DNA of 63,498 nucleotides, counting the filler, from Guillardia theta CCMP2712 (Eukaryota; Protista; Cryptophyta), in assembly GCF_000315625.1 (NCBI RefSeq). It is 3 parts of 3 records of this genome, joined end to end, with 100 filler letters (N's around TTAATTAATTAA, not from the genome) between each part and the next. Parts side by side here need not be neighbours in the genome. Positions count along the whole stretch, not along the records: positions 1 to 26,740 come from NW_005434374.1; 2 more parts are not named here. One strand, given 5' to 3'. Positions within the stretch are counted from its first letter, which is position 1. The number at the start of each line of letters is the position of its first letter. The notes below the pieces were generated by a model. That model saw nothing but the letters and a program-made list of their open reading frames with translations. It was not told the DNA's origin and ran no database searches. Made by a program: the position numbers and the translations under genes. Of this stretch, positions 11,589 to 24,215 are shown piece by piece.

Positions 11589-14500
11589 TTACGTGTATAA
11601 AAGCCCAAGACAGCGGAGCTTGTCCTTCTCCCTCAGCACATCCTCCCCGCATGTCTCTACAACATACCGCAGCACCTCCAAGTGCCCTCCGAGACTCGCC
11701 CAGCGCGCGCATGTCTTGCCGTGCTTGTCCTTCTCCCTCAGCACATCCTCCCCGCATGTCTCTACAACATACCGCACTACCTCCAAGTGCCCTCTGAGAC
11801 TCGCCGTATGCGCGCATGTCATGCCGNNNNNNNNNNNNNNNNNNNNNNNNNNNNNNNNNNNNNNNNNNNNNNNNNNNNNNNNNNNNNNNNNNNNNNNNNN
11901 NNNNNNNNNNNNNNNNNNNNNNNNNNATGTCCAGCCGTCATTGTCCTTCTCCCTCAGCAGCTCCTCCCCGCATGTCTCCCCAACATACCGCACTACCTCC
12001 AAGTGCCCTCTGAGACTCGCCCAGTGAGCGCATGTCCTGCCGTCAAAGTCCTTCTCCCTCAGTACCTCCTCCCCGCATGTCTCTACAGCATACCGCAGCA
12101 CCTCCAACTGCCCTCCCTCACTCGCCCAGTGCGCGCATGTCTTGCCGTTATTGTCCTTCTCCCTCAGTACCTCCTCCCCGCATGTCTCCCCAACATACCG
12201 CAGCACCTCCAAGTTCCCTTCAGCACTCGCATACTGCGCGCATGTCTTGCCGTCTTCGTCCTTCTCCCTCAGCACCTCCTCCCCGCATGTCTCTGCAGCA
12301 TACCGCACTACCTCCAAGTGCCCTCCCTCACTCGCCCAGTGCGCGCATGTCATGCCGTGCTTGTCCTTGTCCACCATCAAGGTCCTCAGAGTCTCTTTCC
12401 CGCATTCTTCCTCTACCGTCTTCAGCACCTCCACATGCCCATACTCCGCCGCCCAGTGTACCATCGTCTTCCCTTCTTCGTCCTTCGCTCCTACCTCTGC
12501 TCCTGCCTCTATCAGCTCCCTCATGCTCCCCGCCCTCCCCAGCATCCCCGCTACATGCAGCCCTGTCCTCCCGTCCTCCGTCCGCTCGTCCATGTCGTAC
12601 CCGCCCGCCTTCAGCAGCCCGATCAGCTCCCCCTGTCCTCGTACCACCGCCGTCACTGTCGACGGCTCCCCGTGCTGGCCCGACCTTGACATCGACAAGC
12701 CGTACATCTCGCACAGCCTCTTGCTCTGCTCTCGTCTGCCGTCATCGCCTGCTGGAGTCCGCGAGCTGATCTCGTACATCAGACCCGCCATCGTCCTCCA
12801 GTACACTGACTGCATCGGCTCTCTCGCAAGGGCTTTACATTTCCTGTCTCCTTGAGTGTCTTCGATCCAGTGCCTGAGCTTGTTGATCGCCATGTCCTTG
12901 ACTCGGTTCGACAGCTCGATCGCCTCCTTGTATCTTGACTCCTCGTTGTACCAGCCCGACTCCCTCGCCCTGCTTGCCTCCACCAGCCCCCAGCACTCCT
13001 CCACGATCGATTGAACAAAACCCTGATGGCGCTTGAACCAAGAGTCAGCCGTTGCTGTCCTGAGCCGCTCCTGGATCCTCCCCTCCCACCCCCTCACGTC
13101 TCGCTCTACCTCCCTCGCCAGGTTCTCCATCAGCCCTACGTACAGCTGCTTCCTCTTCCCCACAAAGTCCTCGATCGTCAAGCTCATCGTGTTCGCGTTG
13201 ATCTTCAGCTCCAGCACCTTCACCCGCCTCCCCTCTACCTCCCTGTACCGCGGCGTCTTCACCACCTCCAGGTACGACAGCGGTGGATACAGCATCTCCC
13301 CCTCCCCCGGATACTGAGACACAAACGTCAAGCTCGCCCCCCGGTCGATCGCCCCGCAGCTGATCTCGAACACGATCGACTCTCCCTCCTCCCCGGCGTA
13401 CTGCATCGCCGTCCTGACGTCTGTCGTCGTGCTCAGCAGCCCGTACTCGACTCCTCCGGACACCCCGAGCTTGTCCTCGTTGAGGAAGCTCTCCGGCAGC
13501 TTCAGGCCTTTCAGTCCAATCCACACTTGCCGATCATCGGGCAGAGGCGTGTGACGAGACAGCTTGACGATGCCGCTGACGATGCAGTGGATGGTCGTCG
13601 TGTACTTGTTGGGGAGCTTGTTGGAGTCTCGGAGGAGCTCTTTGGGAGCTCGAAGAACAGAGTTGTACTTGAAGTACATCGGCCCTGTCATAGCAAGCCT
13701 CTTGTCAGCCTTCTCACGCTCTCTTGCTCCTCTCTCCTCTCACATGCTCCTTCTCCCTCTCTCGCTATCTCTCTCTTACCTGTGTAGAGCTGCAGCGCGA
13801 TCAGCTCCGCCTCCTGTAGCCCCGCCTTGATCGCCGTGTCCAGCGCCTTCAGCTCCTCCATCCCTCGGATCACCCGCGTCCCGTCCGACAGCCTCCGCCT
13901 CCTCTCCGGGTCTGTGACGTTGAGCCACTCCTCCTTGGCTGTCGTCCTGATCCCGTAGTTGCTCGTCGTGAACGCTTCCTCCGCGTCCTTGCCCTTGCAG
14001 TGCTCCTCCTCTATCGCCTTCATCAGCTCCGTCTGAGGTAGCCCGATCCGCTCCATCAGCCCCCCGTAGTACTCCTCGATCTTCCCGTACACGGCCTCGC
14101 GCACCTCCCCGCTGCCTGTACCGTCTGACTCATTCACCGCAAACTTGCTGTTGTGCGATGTCGGACCGTCTCCTCCCGCCCGCCCTCCTGCCTCCGCCGG
14201 CCTCCTCAGCGCCTCCTCGAGCCTCCTCCCTATCGCCGTCTGCCATAGAGCCGATAGAGCGCTCTCCGTCATCCCCTGTAGCCCCGCAAGAGGACTCGCC
14301 GTGCTCCCGCCGGGGATGCACTCCGCCATGACTCGGAGGATGTTGAGGTCGCCGAGGCTGCTGGCCTTGCGCTCGAGCTCCCACTCTCTTGCGACTCTGA
14401 CCTCGTAGTCGTCGTACGAGAGCTTGTCAGGGCCTGCGTGCGGCATGAGGGCCGACGCGTCGACGCCGAGAGCCATGCGGAGGTTGTTGAGAATCGTTTT

Positions 14501-14668
14501 GTAATCCTCGGAGTCTCGAGGGGTCTGAAAGAGCTTCTTGAGGTCAGAGCTGATGTCGTCGGGGATAGTCCAGCTGGTCGTTTGCTGGGCACTAGCTGGT
14601 GGATGTACATTCTTCCCCATGCCGTACCAGACTAGCAGGAGGGGACAAGGCCCAACAGATCTCAACGC
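11589..14668 (-). CDS. NAD-dependent mono-ADP-ribosyltransferase (ARTC/R-S-E fold) fused to ankyrin repeats; multi-exon
   Basis: Removing intron 13685-13779 (GTAAG...TGACAG) gives LYTGPMYFKYNSVLR, followed by VWIG, LLSTTTD and QYPGEGEMLYPP. About ten 35-aa ankyrin repeats (DGKTCAHWASEGGHLEVLRY) at about 11620-12590. The 5' exon(s) and exact 3' end are unresolved. Confidence 0.8.
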
Positions 14669-15473
14669 CTGTCACAAGTGTCACGTCATCGAGAGTTGCC
14701 TTGAGGGGTTATTCGATCTTGTTGTCTTACACATAAACCTAAGGCTTGTCATCTACACACAGCACAAGTTTCTCTCCTTGGGACCTTCAGAGAGCTCTAG
14801 GAGCGCGCAATGTTTCTAGCTTCCCTCTACTTGCAAACGAGAATGCCAAAAAAAAAAAACATACAACAAACCAGACAGGAAATATAATTCCCTCCCCTCT
14901 TCTCCTCTCTTCTAAATGTTGTCACGTCTCCTACTCTCTGCAGCAGTTACAAGCCATCTCACACTCTAGCGACAAGACAAGCTTGTCCTCACCATCTCTC
15001 AAGCTCCTTCAAACCCCTCTTGCACAATGAAACATACAAGCACTTTCACGACCACCCCTTCCTGTGATATGATCCTACCCTACCCTATAGAATACCACTG
15101 GATGCGGGTGGGCAGTACACCCTACCTCCAGGAGAAACCTGCTACAGGAGCTTACATCAGCCGGCTTGGAATATCCTCTCTTCTCTCCCTTCCTTCATGT
15201 CTCCCTAAGGCTGTTCGTCTATGTACTCTTATCTACCTTCCTGTCCCTGGGAAGTCTCGGAGAGCTCTAGGACACAGTGACAGCTGCGTCAGCTGCAACA
15301 CAAGCACAACAATCTCCTGCTATTTACGAGCACTTGAAGCCTCTCATCCCATCATATGCCGAGAGCTTCGCATTCGCTCCTGTCTCTCTCGTCATCATCC
15401 TTCTTCATAATTTGACGGCTTGTCTCCCTCTGCCTCTCTTATGTCTATGTTGCAAACATTTCTTGTTCTCTTC

Positions 15474-16365
15474 TGCTTGTTCTTTTGCTCTTGTTTCCGC
15501 TCGCGTCTGTCTCCTCATACATACCTCACGTCTTATCCTTCTATTTTTCTCTCTTTCTGCATCTGGGCTGCTGGTCGTGATTCTGCTCTTTCTCTCTTCA
15601 TTCTCTCTTTGATACCTTTATCCCTTTCTCACCTTCTCTTAAATATCCTATCTTTTAAACATCTCTCGTTGTCTACTGCTTGTTCATATTTCCTGTTTCT
15701 CACCCTCTCTCTCTCTCCCTTCCCTTGTCTTTCTCTCTTCTCTCGTTACTCTCTCGTTGCTCTTCCCTGTCAAGCTGCTTCTCTTCCAGCCTCAGCTGTC
15801 AGCAGAGAGAGAAAGACGAGACGGGGGAAGAGGGAGAAGAGGAGAGGGAGAGGAGACAAGTGAAGAACAGAAGATAAAAGAAACGAGAGCGAAAGAGAGG
15901 AGACAAGGAGAGACGAAGCGAGAGCTTCTCTTCTTGCAGAGGAGGTAAGGATGGAAGAGGAGAGGACAGTAGAGTAGAAAGGCGATCAGAAAAGCGAAGG
16001 CAACAGAAGGGAGAGGAGAGAGCAGGGGTGAAGAAGCGACGAGCAGAGAAGGGGGGAAGCAGAGAGCAGAGAGCGGAGAAGAGGAATGGACAGGAGGGAG
16101 GTAGTGAAGTGCAATGACAAGGGGAGCAGACAAGGGAGAGGACGAGTAAAGAGAGATGGAGGAGCGAGGAGAAGGGGGTAGAAGGAAAGAGACGGAAAGA
16201 AGGAAAGGAAGGGACTGCGAGGAGCAGATCTGACCGGAGAGAAGAAGATCTTGCACGAGAGGAGAGGAGAGGGGAAGCAGGTGAAAGGAGAGCAGATCAA
16301 AGAAAAGAGAAGATCAGGTCAGAGGAAAAGGCTGGCGGAGAGGAGAGTAGATAACGGAGAGAAGG
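15474..16365. repeat. Left arm of about 0.9-kb inverted repeat (partner 22853-23842)
   Basis: For example TCTCTCGTTGTCTACTGCTTGTTCATATTTCCTGTTTCTCACC (~15662) is the reverse complement of ~23562-23604. The 16000-16365 stretch mirrors 22853-23270. Confidence 0.85.
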
Positions 16366-16594
16366 CAGATGGGGAAAACGCAGAGGAGGATAGTCAAACA
16401 GCGGAGAAGACGAGAGAACAAGTGGGAGTAGACAAGGAGAGGAGAGGAGAGATGAAATGAAATGAAGTGAGAAGAGAAAAAGAGAAGAAGAGAAGAAAAG
16501 AGATAAGAAGAGAAGAGATAAGAAGAGAAGAAAAGAGAAGTGAAATAAAGTACAGGAGGAGAGGAGAGGAGAGGAGAGGAGAGGAGAGAGATGA

Positions 16595-16775
16595 GGACAA
16601 GACAAGACAAGAGAAGAGAAGAGAACAGAAGAGAACAGAAGAGAACAGAAGAGAACAGAAGAGAACAGAAGAGAACAGAAGAGAAGAGAAGAGAACAGAA
16701 GAGAACAGAAGAGAACAGAAGAGAACAGAAGAGAAGAGAAGAGAACAGAAGAGAACAGAAGAGAACAGAAGACAA
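16595..16775. repeat. (GAAGA/GAACA)n purine-rich microsatellite
   Basis: GAAGAGAACA decamer repeats. Confidence 0.9.
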
Positions 16776-18722
16776 GAGAGTATAAGTCCTTCAACGTCTT
16801 CGTTTTTCTCTCTTCCCTCTCCTCTCCTCCCTCCCGGCATGAAATGTTCAACCCAACCGGCAGGGTAACTACACGGGCAAGGTAAGTACACCGGCAGGGC
16901 GGTGACCGGCCCGGGCGCGGCCCGGGCCCCGGGAACTCCCATCCCGGCACTGGCCCGGCCGTGGGCGGGGCCTGAGACTCAGACTCTGTTTCATCGTGTT
17001 CGGTCCGTACTGTCTGTACAAGATCAATAGTCAGGATGCGACGAATGAAATCAAATCGATTCTCCGATCCCGCCCAAGCCTCTGAGTCTGTGATAGCGAC
17101 CTCAGCCTGATCGCTACGTTCACGGCCTGAGGTGCAGCTGTGGCCGTAGGTCGAGGACCGTGTGGCCAGCAACTTGAAGCCGAGGCTGCTCGTGTCACGG
17201 TCATGCGTCTAAGAGCGCTTGGGTGATCCCCAAGCAACATCCATGATGACTAGACGTCACTAGAGCCTCCGCCTCATCGCCCCCCCGTGAGCCAGACCTC
17301 TGGGTACCTCTCACCTCCTCCAGCACCGTAACCCGACATGCAAGACAAGAGGCTGCTGCTGACGTGACGCCTGCGGCCCGGGCACTCGCCATCAAGGTGA
17401 CGACACGCGGCAGCTCTGAGCGAGGCTGCCATCAAGGTGACGACACGCTTCAGCACGCATGTGTCAAGCAGCATCAAGCGAGTGGAGCACGCATGTGTCA
17501 TCTGTGAGCGCTAGAGCCATCAGAGCCTTCTTGGACTCCAGCTGCCATCAAGCGGCTCAAGCACCACGAGGACTGTAGAGGAGCTTGTAGACTAGCTTCA
17601 CCCCTCAGCTCCTTCTCCTCTCATGCCCCTCCGTCCTCCCGCTCCCTCCCTCCCCTCCCTCCCTACCTCTCCTCACAGCACACACTCCCCTCCCCTCCTG
17701 CTGCTGTTCCTTCTCCTCTCTCCTCCATCGCTCCTGCCGCTGTAGCCTCTGCCCCTCCTACCCGTCGACCTTGTCCGTCAGAGCTCTGACAGCCTCAGCT
17801 ACTCTTCATCCGCGACCTCCGTCACCGCCGATTTCCATGTCAGCTCTCTCCCTCTCCTCGCATCTTTCTCTCCCTCATCAGACCTCCCACCAGCACCCCA
17901 GCACAAGTCCTGGCTACCTCTCCAGCTGCTGGGCACATGCCTCCATCTCGCTCCTCTTTCTCACTCCCTACCTCATGCTTGGATGGGTTGGAACCCCTCG
18001 CATGACCCCCCACCCCTCCTTGTCCGTACCCACCCCTCTCTTCCCCTCGCGTCTGGTCAACTTCCTCCCCTACATCACCCCCTACTCGCATGACCCCCTA
18101 CCCTCCCCGTCTCCCCTCATCTCCACCCCTTCCGCCCCTGCCCCGTCAGGTCTAGCCGGTCGGCCCCGCAGCCTCCCCGGCCATCTCCTCGCGTCTGATG
18201 AGCTGGAGGGAGAGAGGAGGGGAGAGAGGAGGGAACGGCAGAGGAGAGGAGGGAAGGTAAGAGCCAACCTTGCTCAAGCTTCTCTCACATGATACAAGTC
18301 TCCTCCTCCCTTCCCTCCCCTCCGCTTCTCTCCTCCTTCCGTCCTTGATCCCCTCCGCTGCCTCCTCGCCTGTAGCAGCGACGTCGTCATGCCCTCTCTC
18401 CCCGGGCTCACATCGGATGTCGCATGGCGTCTTGCCATGCTCAGCTGGGCTGTCGGCTTGCGCCGTAGAGCAGAAGCGAGCACTAGCCCGCATAGACAGA
18501 CATGGGGGTGGAGGACAAGAGGAGCTGAGAGGTAGAGAGCAAGACGCGCTTCTATCAGGTACAATCAAGGTTGACCGCAACATTGACCGACAAGCTGAGA
18601 AAGCTTCAGCCCCCTGCTCGACGCTCGTCTCACAGCCAGCTCTTGCCCCTAGCAGCACGAACAAGCTCTGTCCCTTCCCCGCCATCCCCGCCTCCCCTCC
18701 AGCTGCACCACGACCCTCCCCA

Positions 18723-21572
18723 TCACTCGGCATCGCGTCGCTCGAGCACGGACCTGAGCCGTCGGCCCGCCTCAGAAGCACGGGTGTCGGGGATGTTGGG
18801 AGGCAGGGCGGCGCCTCGGAGCCGTCGGATGCGTCGGATGTTGTACGAGTTGTCGCTAGCAAGGCTGCTCAGAGCCTCCATCGCGCTATCCTCCAACCAC
18901 CCGCTGCCCTCATGCCTTTGCATCGCCCTCGCTACCGCCTCGATCGCTCCCGCCTCCCGCGCCCGCGCCTGGCTGTCCGCCATGCCCTCCGTCATGCTGC
19001 GCAAGGCCTTGCATGCATCACACTGTAGCCATCGTTCGTCCACATGTGTGGACATGGCGCTGACGACGGCCTCGATCGCTCCTGCCTCCCGTGCCCGCGC
19101 CTGGCTGTCAGCCATGCCCTCCGTCATGCTCTCAAGGGCTTCGCATGCTGACCACTGCAAGCACCAGTTGTCCGCGTGTCTGGACATGGCGCTGACGACG
19201 GCCTCGATCGCTCCCGCCTCCCGCGCCCGCGCCTGGCTGTCAGCCATGCCCTCCGTCATGCTGCGCAAGGCCTCGCATCCATCATTTTGTAACCATTGCT
19301 TGTCTGCGTGCGTGGACATGGCGCTGACGACGGCCTCGATCGCTCCCGCCTGCATGGCCGGGAGCTTGTTCTGCTCGTGGCTCTCGGCTATCGCTGTCAG
19401 CACCTTGCATAGACCTTGCTGTATCTTTGCGTTGCTGTGGTGCCTGGTCATGGCGCTGACGACGGCCTCGATCGGTGTCGCATCTCTCGCTGTGCCCTGG
19501 TATCGGAAGTACTGCATTGTGTACTTCAGGGCCTCACACGCAGCCTGCTGTACTTTCAAGTCGTTCGCGTGCCTATCGAGGCATCTCATGACGGCCTCGA
19601 CCGCTCCCACCTGTCGTGCCCTTGCCTGGCTCTCATCCCTGAAGCTAACAATGTAGTCCAGGGCCTCGCACGCAGCCTGCTGTACCCTCGCGTCGTCTGC
19701 GTGCTTGGTCATCGCGCTGACGATGGCCTCGATCGCTCCCGCCTCTCGTGCCCGCGCCTGGCTCTCTTCGATGACACTGACGGTATGCTTCATTGCCCAG
19801 CACGCAGCCTGCTGTACCCCCGCGTCGTCCGCGTGCTTGGTCATCGCGCTGACGACGGCCTCGATCGCTCCCGCCTCTCGCGCCCGCGCCTGGCTCTCTT
19901 TGATGACACTGACGGTATGTCTCAAGGCCCAGCACGCAGCCTGCTGTACCCCCGCGTCGTCTGCGTGCGTGGTCATGGCGCTGACGACGGCCTCGATCGC
20001 TCCCGCTTCTCGCGCCTTGACTTTGTCAGCCTCCCCGTGCTGAGCCATGCTGACCAAGGCTTCGCACGCAGCCTGCTGTACCTCCGCGAGAGCCTCGTAC
20101 GTCCTCATCTCCTGCATCACCGCCTCTATGCTGTCGTCGGCTCCCGTCCTCAGCAGCCTCCATGCCTCCCTTGCCGGCTGCTCCATCCCGCTTCCGTCTT
20201 GTGCCCCTACCGCTGCCGACAGCGCCTGAGCTCCCGTCCTCAGCGAGCTGAGAGCGTCGCTGCCCGTGGACTCCAAGGCGGTGCAAGCTGACTCTTGCAG
20301 CTCCACGAGCTCTGCGTACTTGCGCTTCCTGACTCTCCTCGCCACCGCCTCGATCCCTCCCCCCGCTGCCTCTCCGATCCTTCTCCATGCAGCTTCTGCC
20401 ATGCTGCGTATGCCTCGGCATAGCGACTGGTTGCCGGCCCCTGCCCGCTGCTGTCCAGGCGTCCTGTCTGACCCTGTCCATGCAGTAGCCCCCTCATCCC
20501 CCTCGGCTCCGGCTCTTCCAACAGCTACAGCAAGCTCGGCGAACCTCGGGCGGTCCTCCTCCCTCGTCGCCCAGCAGCTCTCCAGCAGGGCCCACAACCC
20601 GTCCGGGCATCCTCCGAGGAGGTGCTCTCGAGGCAGCCTCCCACCCCCGCACACGTACCCGATCACAGTCGGGTCCGTCATGGGGTAGTAGGGGGTCATG
20701 CCCGAGGTCAGGATCTCCCAGCACGTGACCCCGTAGGCCCACACGTCGCTCTTCTCCGAGCACCGGCCTCTCTGCATGGACTCTGGGGGCATGTACCGCA
20801 CCGGCAGCCCTCGCCCCGCTACCCTCCCGTCACTCCCGTCCACCAGCTCCCCTGCCCGCCCGTACCCCGCCACCTTCACCGACGTCCTCCCCACGTCCTC
20901 CTTGTCGAAGCCCATGACCAGCACGTGCCGAGCCGCGAGGTCCCGGTGCACGACCCGCTGCTCAGCCAGGTGCTCCATGCCCTGCGCGATCTGCTCCATC
21001 ATCGCCGTCTGGTGCCCTCGCGTCACCTGCCCCGCCAGCCTCCCCAGCAGAGCCTCCCTCAGCGACCCCAGCTCGGCGAGCTCGGTCAGCAGCAGGGGAC
21101 AGCCGTCGGCGTCCTGGCTCTGCCCCATGTAGCGTACAAGCCGAGGATGCGGCCCGAGTCTGAGCATGACCGCGGCTTGTCTGCCGCCGTCGTCTTGCCT
21201 GAGCTTGAGCACGGCTACCTTGATCTTGCCGGGCCCTGCTCTCCTTCCTTGCAGGCGGAGGTGACCTATGTAGAGGGTCTGGGAGGAGCCTGCTGAGATA
21301 GGCTGCCCCTCCATCTCCACGTCGTAGCTGGGGACGAGCAGCGCGTGTCGCTCCTGCCACTCCTGGATGGCGCTGCGGAGAGCGAGGTTGGGGACAAGGT
21401 GGTCAGAGGGGAGGAGGGCGCCGGTGAGGGGGCTGGAGAGACGATGGCGGAGCCAGGTCTCGATGGAGGATCTCTCGTAGGTGTGGCCATCGCAGCAGGT
21501 GACAGGGTCGGTCATGAGCGCCATGCTGATGGGGCAGATGAAGGACCGGAGCGCTCCCTGGTCCGCTGCCAT
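18723..21572 (-). CDS. U-box / tyrosine-kinase-like (pseudo)kinase / armadillo-repeat protein, copy 2 (intact 949 aa)
   Basis: Complete U-box (FICPISMALMTDPV..DGHTYERSSIETWL..SPLTG..LVPNLALRSAIQEW), TK-type HRDLAAR loop with GYG in place of DFG, and nine 44-aa ARM repeats. Confidence 0.9.
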   Translation of the reverse strand: MAADQGALRSFICPISMALMTDPVTCCDGHTYERSSIETWLRHRLSSPLTGALLPSDHLVPNLALRSAIQEWQERHALLVPSYDVEMEGQPISAGSSQTLYIGHLRLQGRRAGPGKIKVAVLKLRQDDGGRQAAVMLRLGPHPRLVRYMGQSQDADGCPLLLTELAELGSLREALLGRLAGQVTRGHQTAMMEQIAQGMEHLAEQRVVHRDLAARHVLVMGFDKEDVGRTSVKVAGYGRAGELVDGSDGRVAGRGLPVRYMPPESMQRGRCSEKSDVWAYGVTCWEILTSGMTPYYPMTDPTVIGYVCGGGRLPREHLLGGCPDGLWALLESCWATREEDRPRFAELAVAVGRAGAEGDEGATAWTGSDRTPGQQRAGAGNQSLCRGIRSMAEAAWRRIGEAAGGGIEAVARRVRKRKYAELVELQESACTALESTGSDALSSLRTGAQALSAAVGAQDGSGMEQPAREAWRLLRTGADDSIEAVMQEMRTYEALAEVQQAACEALVSMAQHGEADKVKAREAGAIEAVVSAMTTHADDAGVQQAACWALRHTVSVIKESQARAREAGAIEAVVSAMTKHADDAGVQQAACWAMKHTVSVIEESQARAREAGAIEAIVSAMTKHADDARVQQAACEALDYIVSFRDESQARARQVGAVEAVMRCLDRHANDLKVQQAACEALKYTMQYFRYQGTARDATPIEAVVSAMTRHHSNAKIQQGLCKVLTAIAESHEQNKLPAMQAGAIEAVVSAMSTHADKQWLQNDGCEALRSMTEGMADSQARAREAGAIEAVVSAMSRHADNWCLQWSACEALESMTEGMADSQARAREAGAIEAVVSAMSTHVDERWLQCDACKALRSMTEGMADSQARAREAGAIEAVARAMQRHEGSGWLEDSAMEALSSLASDNSYNIRRIRRLRGAALPPNIPDTRASEAGRRLRSVLERRDAE

Positions 21573-21977
21573 GGCGGGGCCGAGGAGCGAGAGGAGGGGA
21601 GGGGAGGGGATAAAGGGGGTACGTGCAGCGAGGGAGCGAGGGGGTGCGAGGCCGGACTAGGGAGGGGTAGGGGGTGGTAGGAGGAGGGGAGAGAAGGGAG
21701 GAGGGGTGGTCCAAAAAAGAAAAGCTAATCCTACCAGCGGCTACGGGGGAGTGTAAAACTAAAAAAAAGAAGAAGAAGTCTTGTTGCTGCCTTTTGTGTG
21801 CGATGGTACCTTCCGGGTATGTCTTGTTGCTGCCTTTTAAGCATTTGCTGCTGATTGGCTGAGGCGGGTGGCTTTCTACTAGGGAGAGGACCAAAGGGAT
21901 CAAGGGGCTGGGCATACAGAGCTTCAGGATCTTTTAAAAGGATAGATTGCAATCATTTCAAGATATCTGATCAAGAA

Positions 21978-22454
21978 ATGACAAGGTGGATGTCTGATGT
22001 GGAAAAAACGACAATGAATCCTTTGATTGTGAAGTTCAACAGGATCAATCTTGAGAACTCTTGCTTGAGTGACGTCAAGGACATTATCTTTGATAGGTAC
22101 ATGGAGTTATGCAAGACAGAGATCGAGGAATTCAACAATGCCAACTTTATGTGCCAGATGTGCTGCTCTTGGACACCTTCTGAAGAGTGCAATAGATTGT
22201 CTGCCTGCAAGACCTGCACAGATAATTATTTTGTATGGAGATGCTCCACATGTGATGATGTGTTTGAGCACCTCGACGCGATGGAAACCGCAGTATGTCG
22301 CGATGGACGCTTGATAAAGGAGCGACACTGCAAGAGATGTGAAGAGGAGCTCGAGTTGTCATGCTGGGATTGTGGAATGGTATACAAACTGTGCAATGGA
22401 TATGATGACGAGTATTGCTCATATGGCTGCAAGTCTAGAAACGCATGGTTGTAG
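21978..22454 (+). CDS. Small Cys-rich CxxC protein, copy 2
   Basis: Near-identical paralog of 9294-9770, same length. Confidence 0.65.
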   Translation: MTRWMSDVEKTTMNPLIVKFNRINLENSCLSDVKDIIFDRYMELCKTEIEEFNNANFMCQMCCSWTPSEECNRLSACKTCTDNYFVWRCSTCDDVFEHLDAMETAVCRDGRLIKERHCKRCEEELELSCWDCGMVYKLCNGYDDEYCSYGCKSRNAWL

Positions 22455-22852
22455 TCAACGAGAACCCAGGGGGTACATCTTACTGACTGTGCAGCCTCAT
22501 ATGGTTGCTTATATGGTTGCATGTCTGGAGACGATTGGAGAGATTAAACAACAAGGATCCAGGGGGTATATTTTACTAAGTGTGCACCCTGAATACAAGC
22601 TTATTGTTTGATCAATGTTTGGATGTTTATTCTTACAAGTCTCTAGTAAACTCCTCAGAATCTAGCCTTCTTCTCTTGTGGCTACATTGTTCATCTTCAT
22701 CTTCACAATCTAGCCTTCTACTCTTGTGCCTACATTGTTCATCTTGTGTCTCGCAGTCCTTACAGTTACACCTTCCGTTGTTGTGGAGACATATGGAGCC
22801 ACCTTCCACACCCCTTGCATTGGCTCCTTACCCTATTGTGCTCACGTATAGA

Positions 22853-23842
22853 GCCTTCTCTCCGTTATCTACTCTCCTCTCCGCCAGCCTTTTCCTCTGA
22901 TCTGATCTTCTCTTCTGTTTGATCTGCTCTCCTTTCACCTGCTTCCCCTCTCCCCTCCTCTCATGCAAGATCTTCTTCTCTCCGGTCAGATCTGCTCCTC
23001 GCAGTCCCTTTCTTTCCTTCTTTCCGTCTCTTTCCTTCTTCCCCCTGCTCCTTGCTCCTCCATCTCTCTTTACTCGTCCTCTGCCTTGTCCGCTCCCCTT
23101 GTCATTGCACTCCACTACCTCCCTCCTGTCCATTTCTCTTCTCCGCTCTCTGCTCTCAGCTTTCCCCCACTCTGCTCGTCTCTTCTCCACCCCTCCTCTC
23201 TCCTCTCCTCTTCCCTTCTCTTCGCTTTTATGATCGCCTTTCTACTCTACTGTCCTCTCCTCTTCCATCCTTACCTCCTCTCCAAGAGAGAAGCTCTCGC
23301 CTCCTCTCTCCTCGTCTCCTCTCTTTCGCTCTCTTATCTTTTATCCCCTCTCCTCTCCCTTGTCTCCCCTGCGCTTCCTCTGACGGTACGCTTTTCTGTT
23401 CTTCACTTGTCTCCTCTCCCTCTCCTCTTCTCCCTCTTCCCGCGTCTCGCTTTCTCTCTCTGCTGACAGCTGAGGCTAGAAAGAGAAGCAGCTTGACAGG
23501 GAAGAGCAACGAGAGAGCAACGAGAGAAGAGAGAAAGACAAGGGAAGGGAGAGAGAGAGAGGGTGAGAAACAGGAAATATGAACAAGCAGTAGACAACGA
23601 GAGATGTTTACAAGATAGGATGTTTGAGATGTTTAAAAGATAAGATGTTTGACATGTTTACAAGATAGGATGTTTTAAGAGAAGGTGAGAAAGGGAAAAA
23701 GATTTCACAGAGAGAATGAAGAGACAGAGAGCAGAATCACGACCAGCAGCCCAGATGCAGAAAGAGGGAGAGATAGAAGGATAAGACGTGAGGTATGTAT
23801 GAGGAGACCCCAAGACCCCCAGGGTGTGCAGAAGAACAAGCA
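22853..23842. repeat. Right arm of about 0.9-kb inverted repeat (partner 15474-16365)
   Basis: Reverse complement of the left arm. It runs into an N gap. A partial direct copy lies at about 10135-10470. Confidence 0.85.
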
Positions 23843-24215
23843 NNNNNNNNNNNNNNNNNNNNNNNNNNNNNNNNNNNNNNNNNNNNNNNNNNNNNNNNNN
23901 NNNNNNNNNNNNNNNNNNNNNNNNNNNNNNNNNNNNNNNNNNNNNNNNNNNNNNNNNNNNNNNNNNNNNNNNNNNNNNNNNNNNNNNNNNNNNNNNNNNN
24001 NNNNNNNNNNNNNNNNNNNNNNNNNNNNNNNNNNNNNNNNNNNNNNNNNNNNNNNNNNNNNNNNNNNNNNNNNNNNNNNNNNNNNNNNNNNNNNNNNNNN
24101 NNNNNNNNNNNNNNNNNNNNNNNNNNNNNNNNNNNNNNNNNNNNNNNNNNNNNNNNNNNNNNNNNNNNNNNNNNNNNNNNNNNNNNNNNNNNNNNNNNNN
24201 NNNNNNNNNNNNNNN

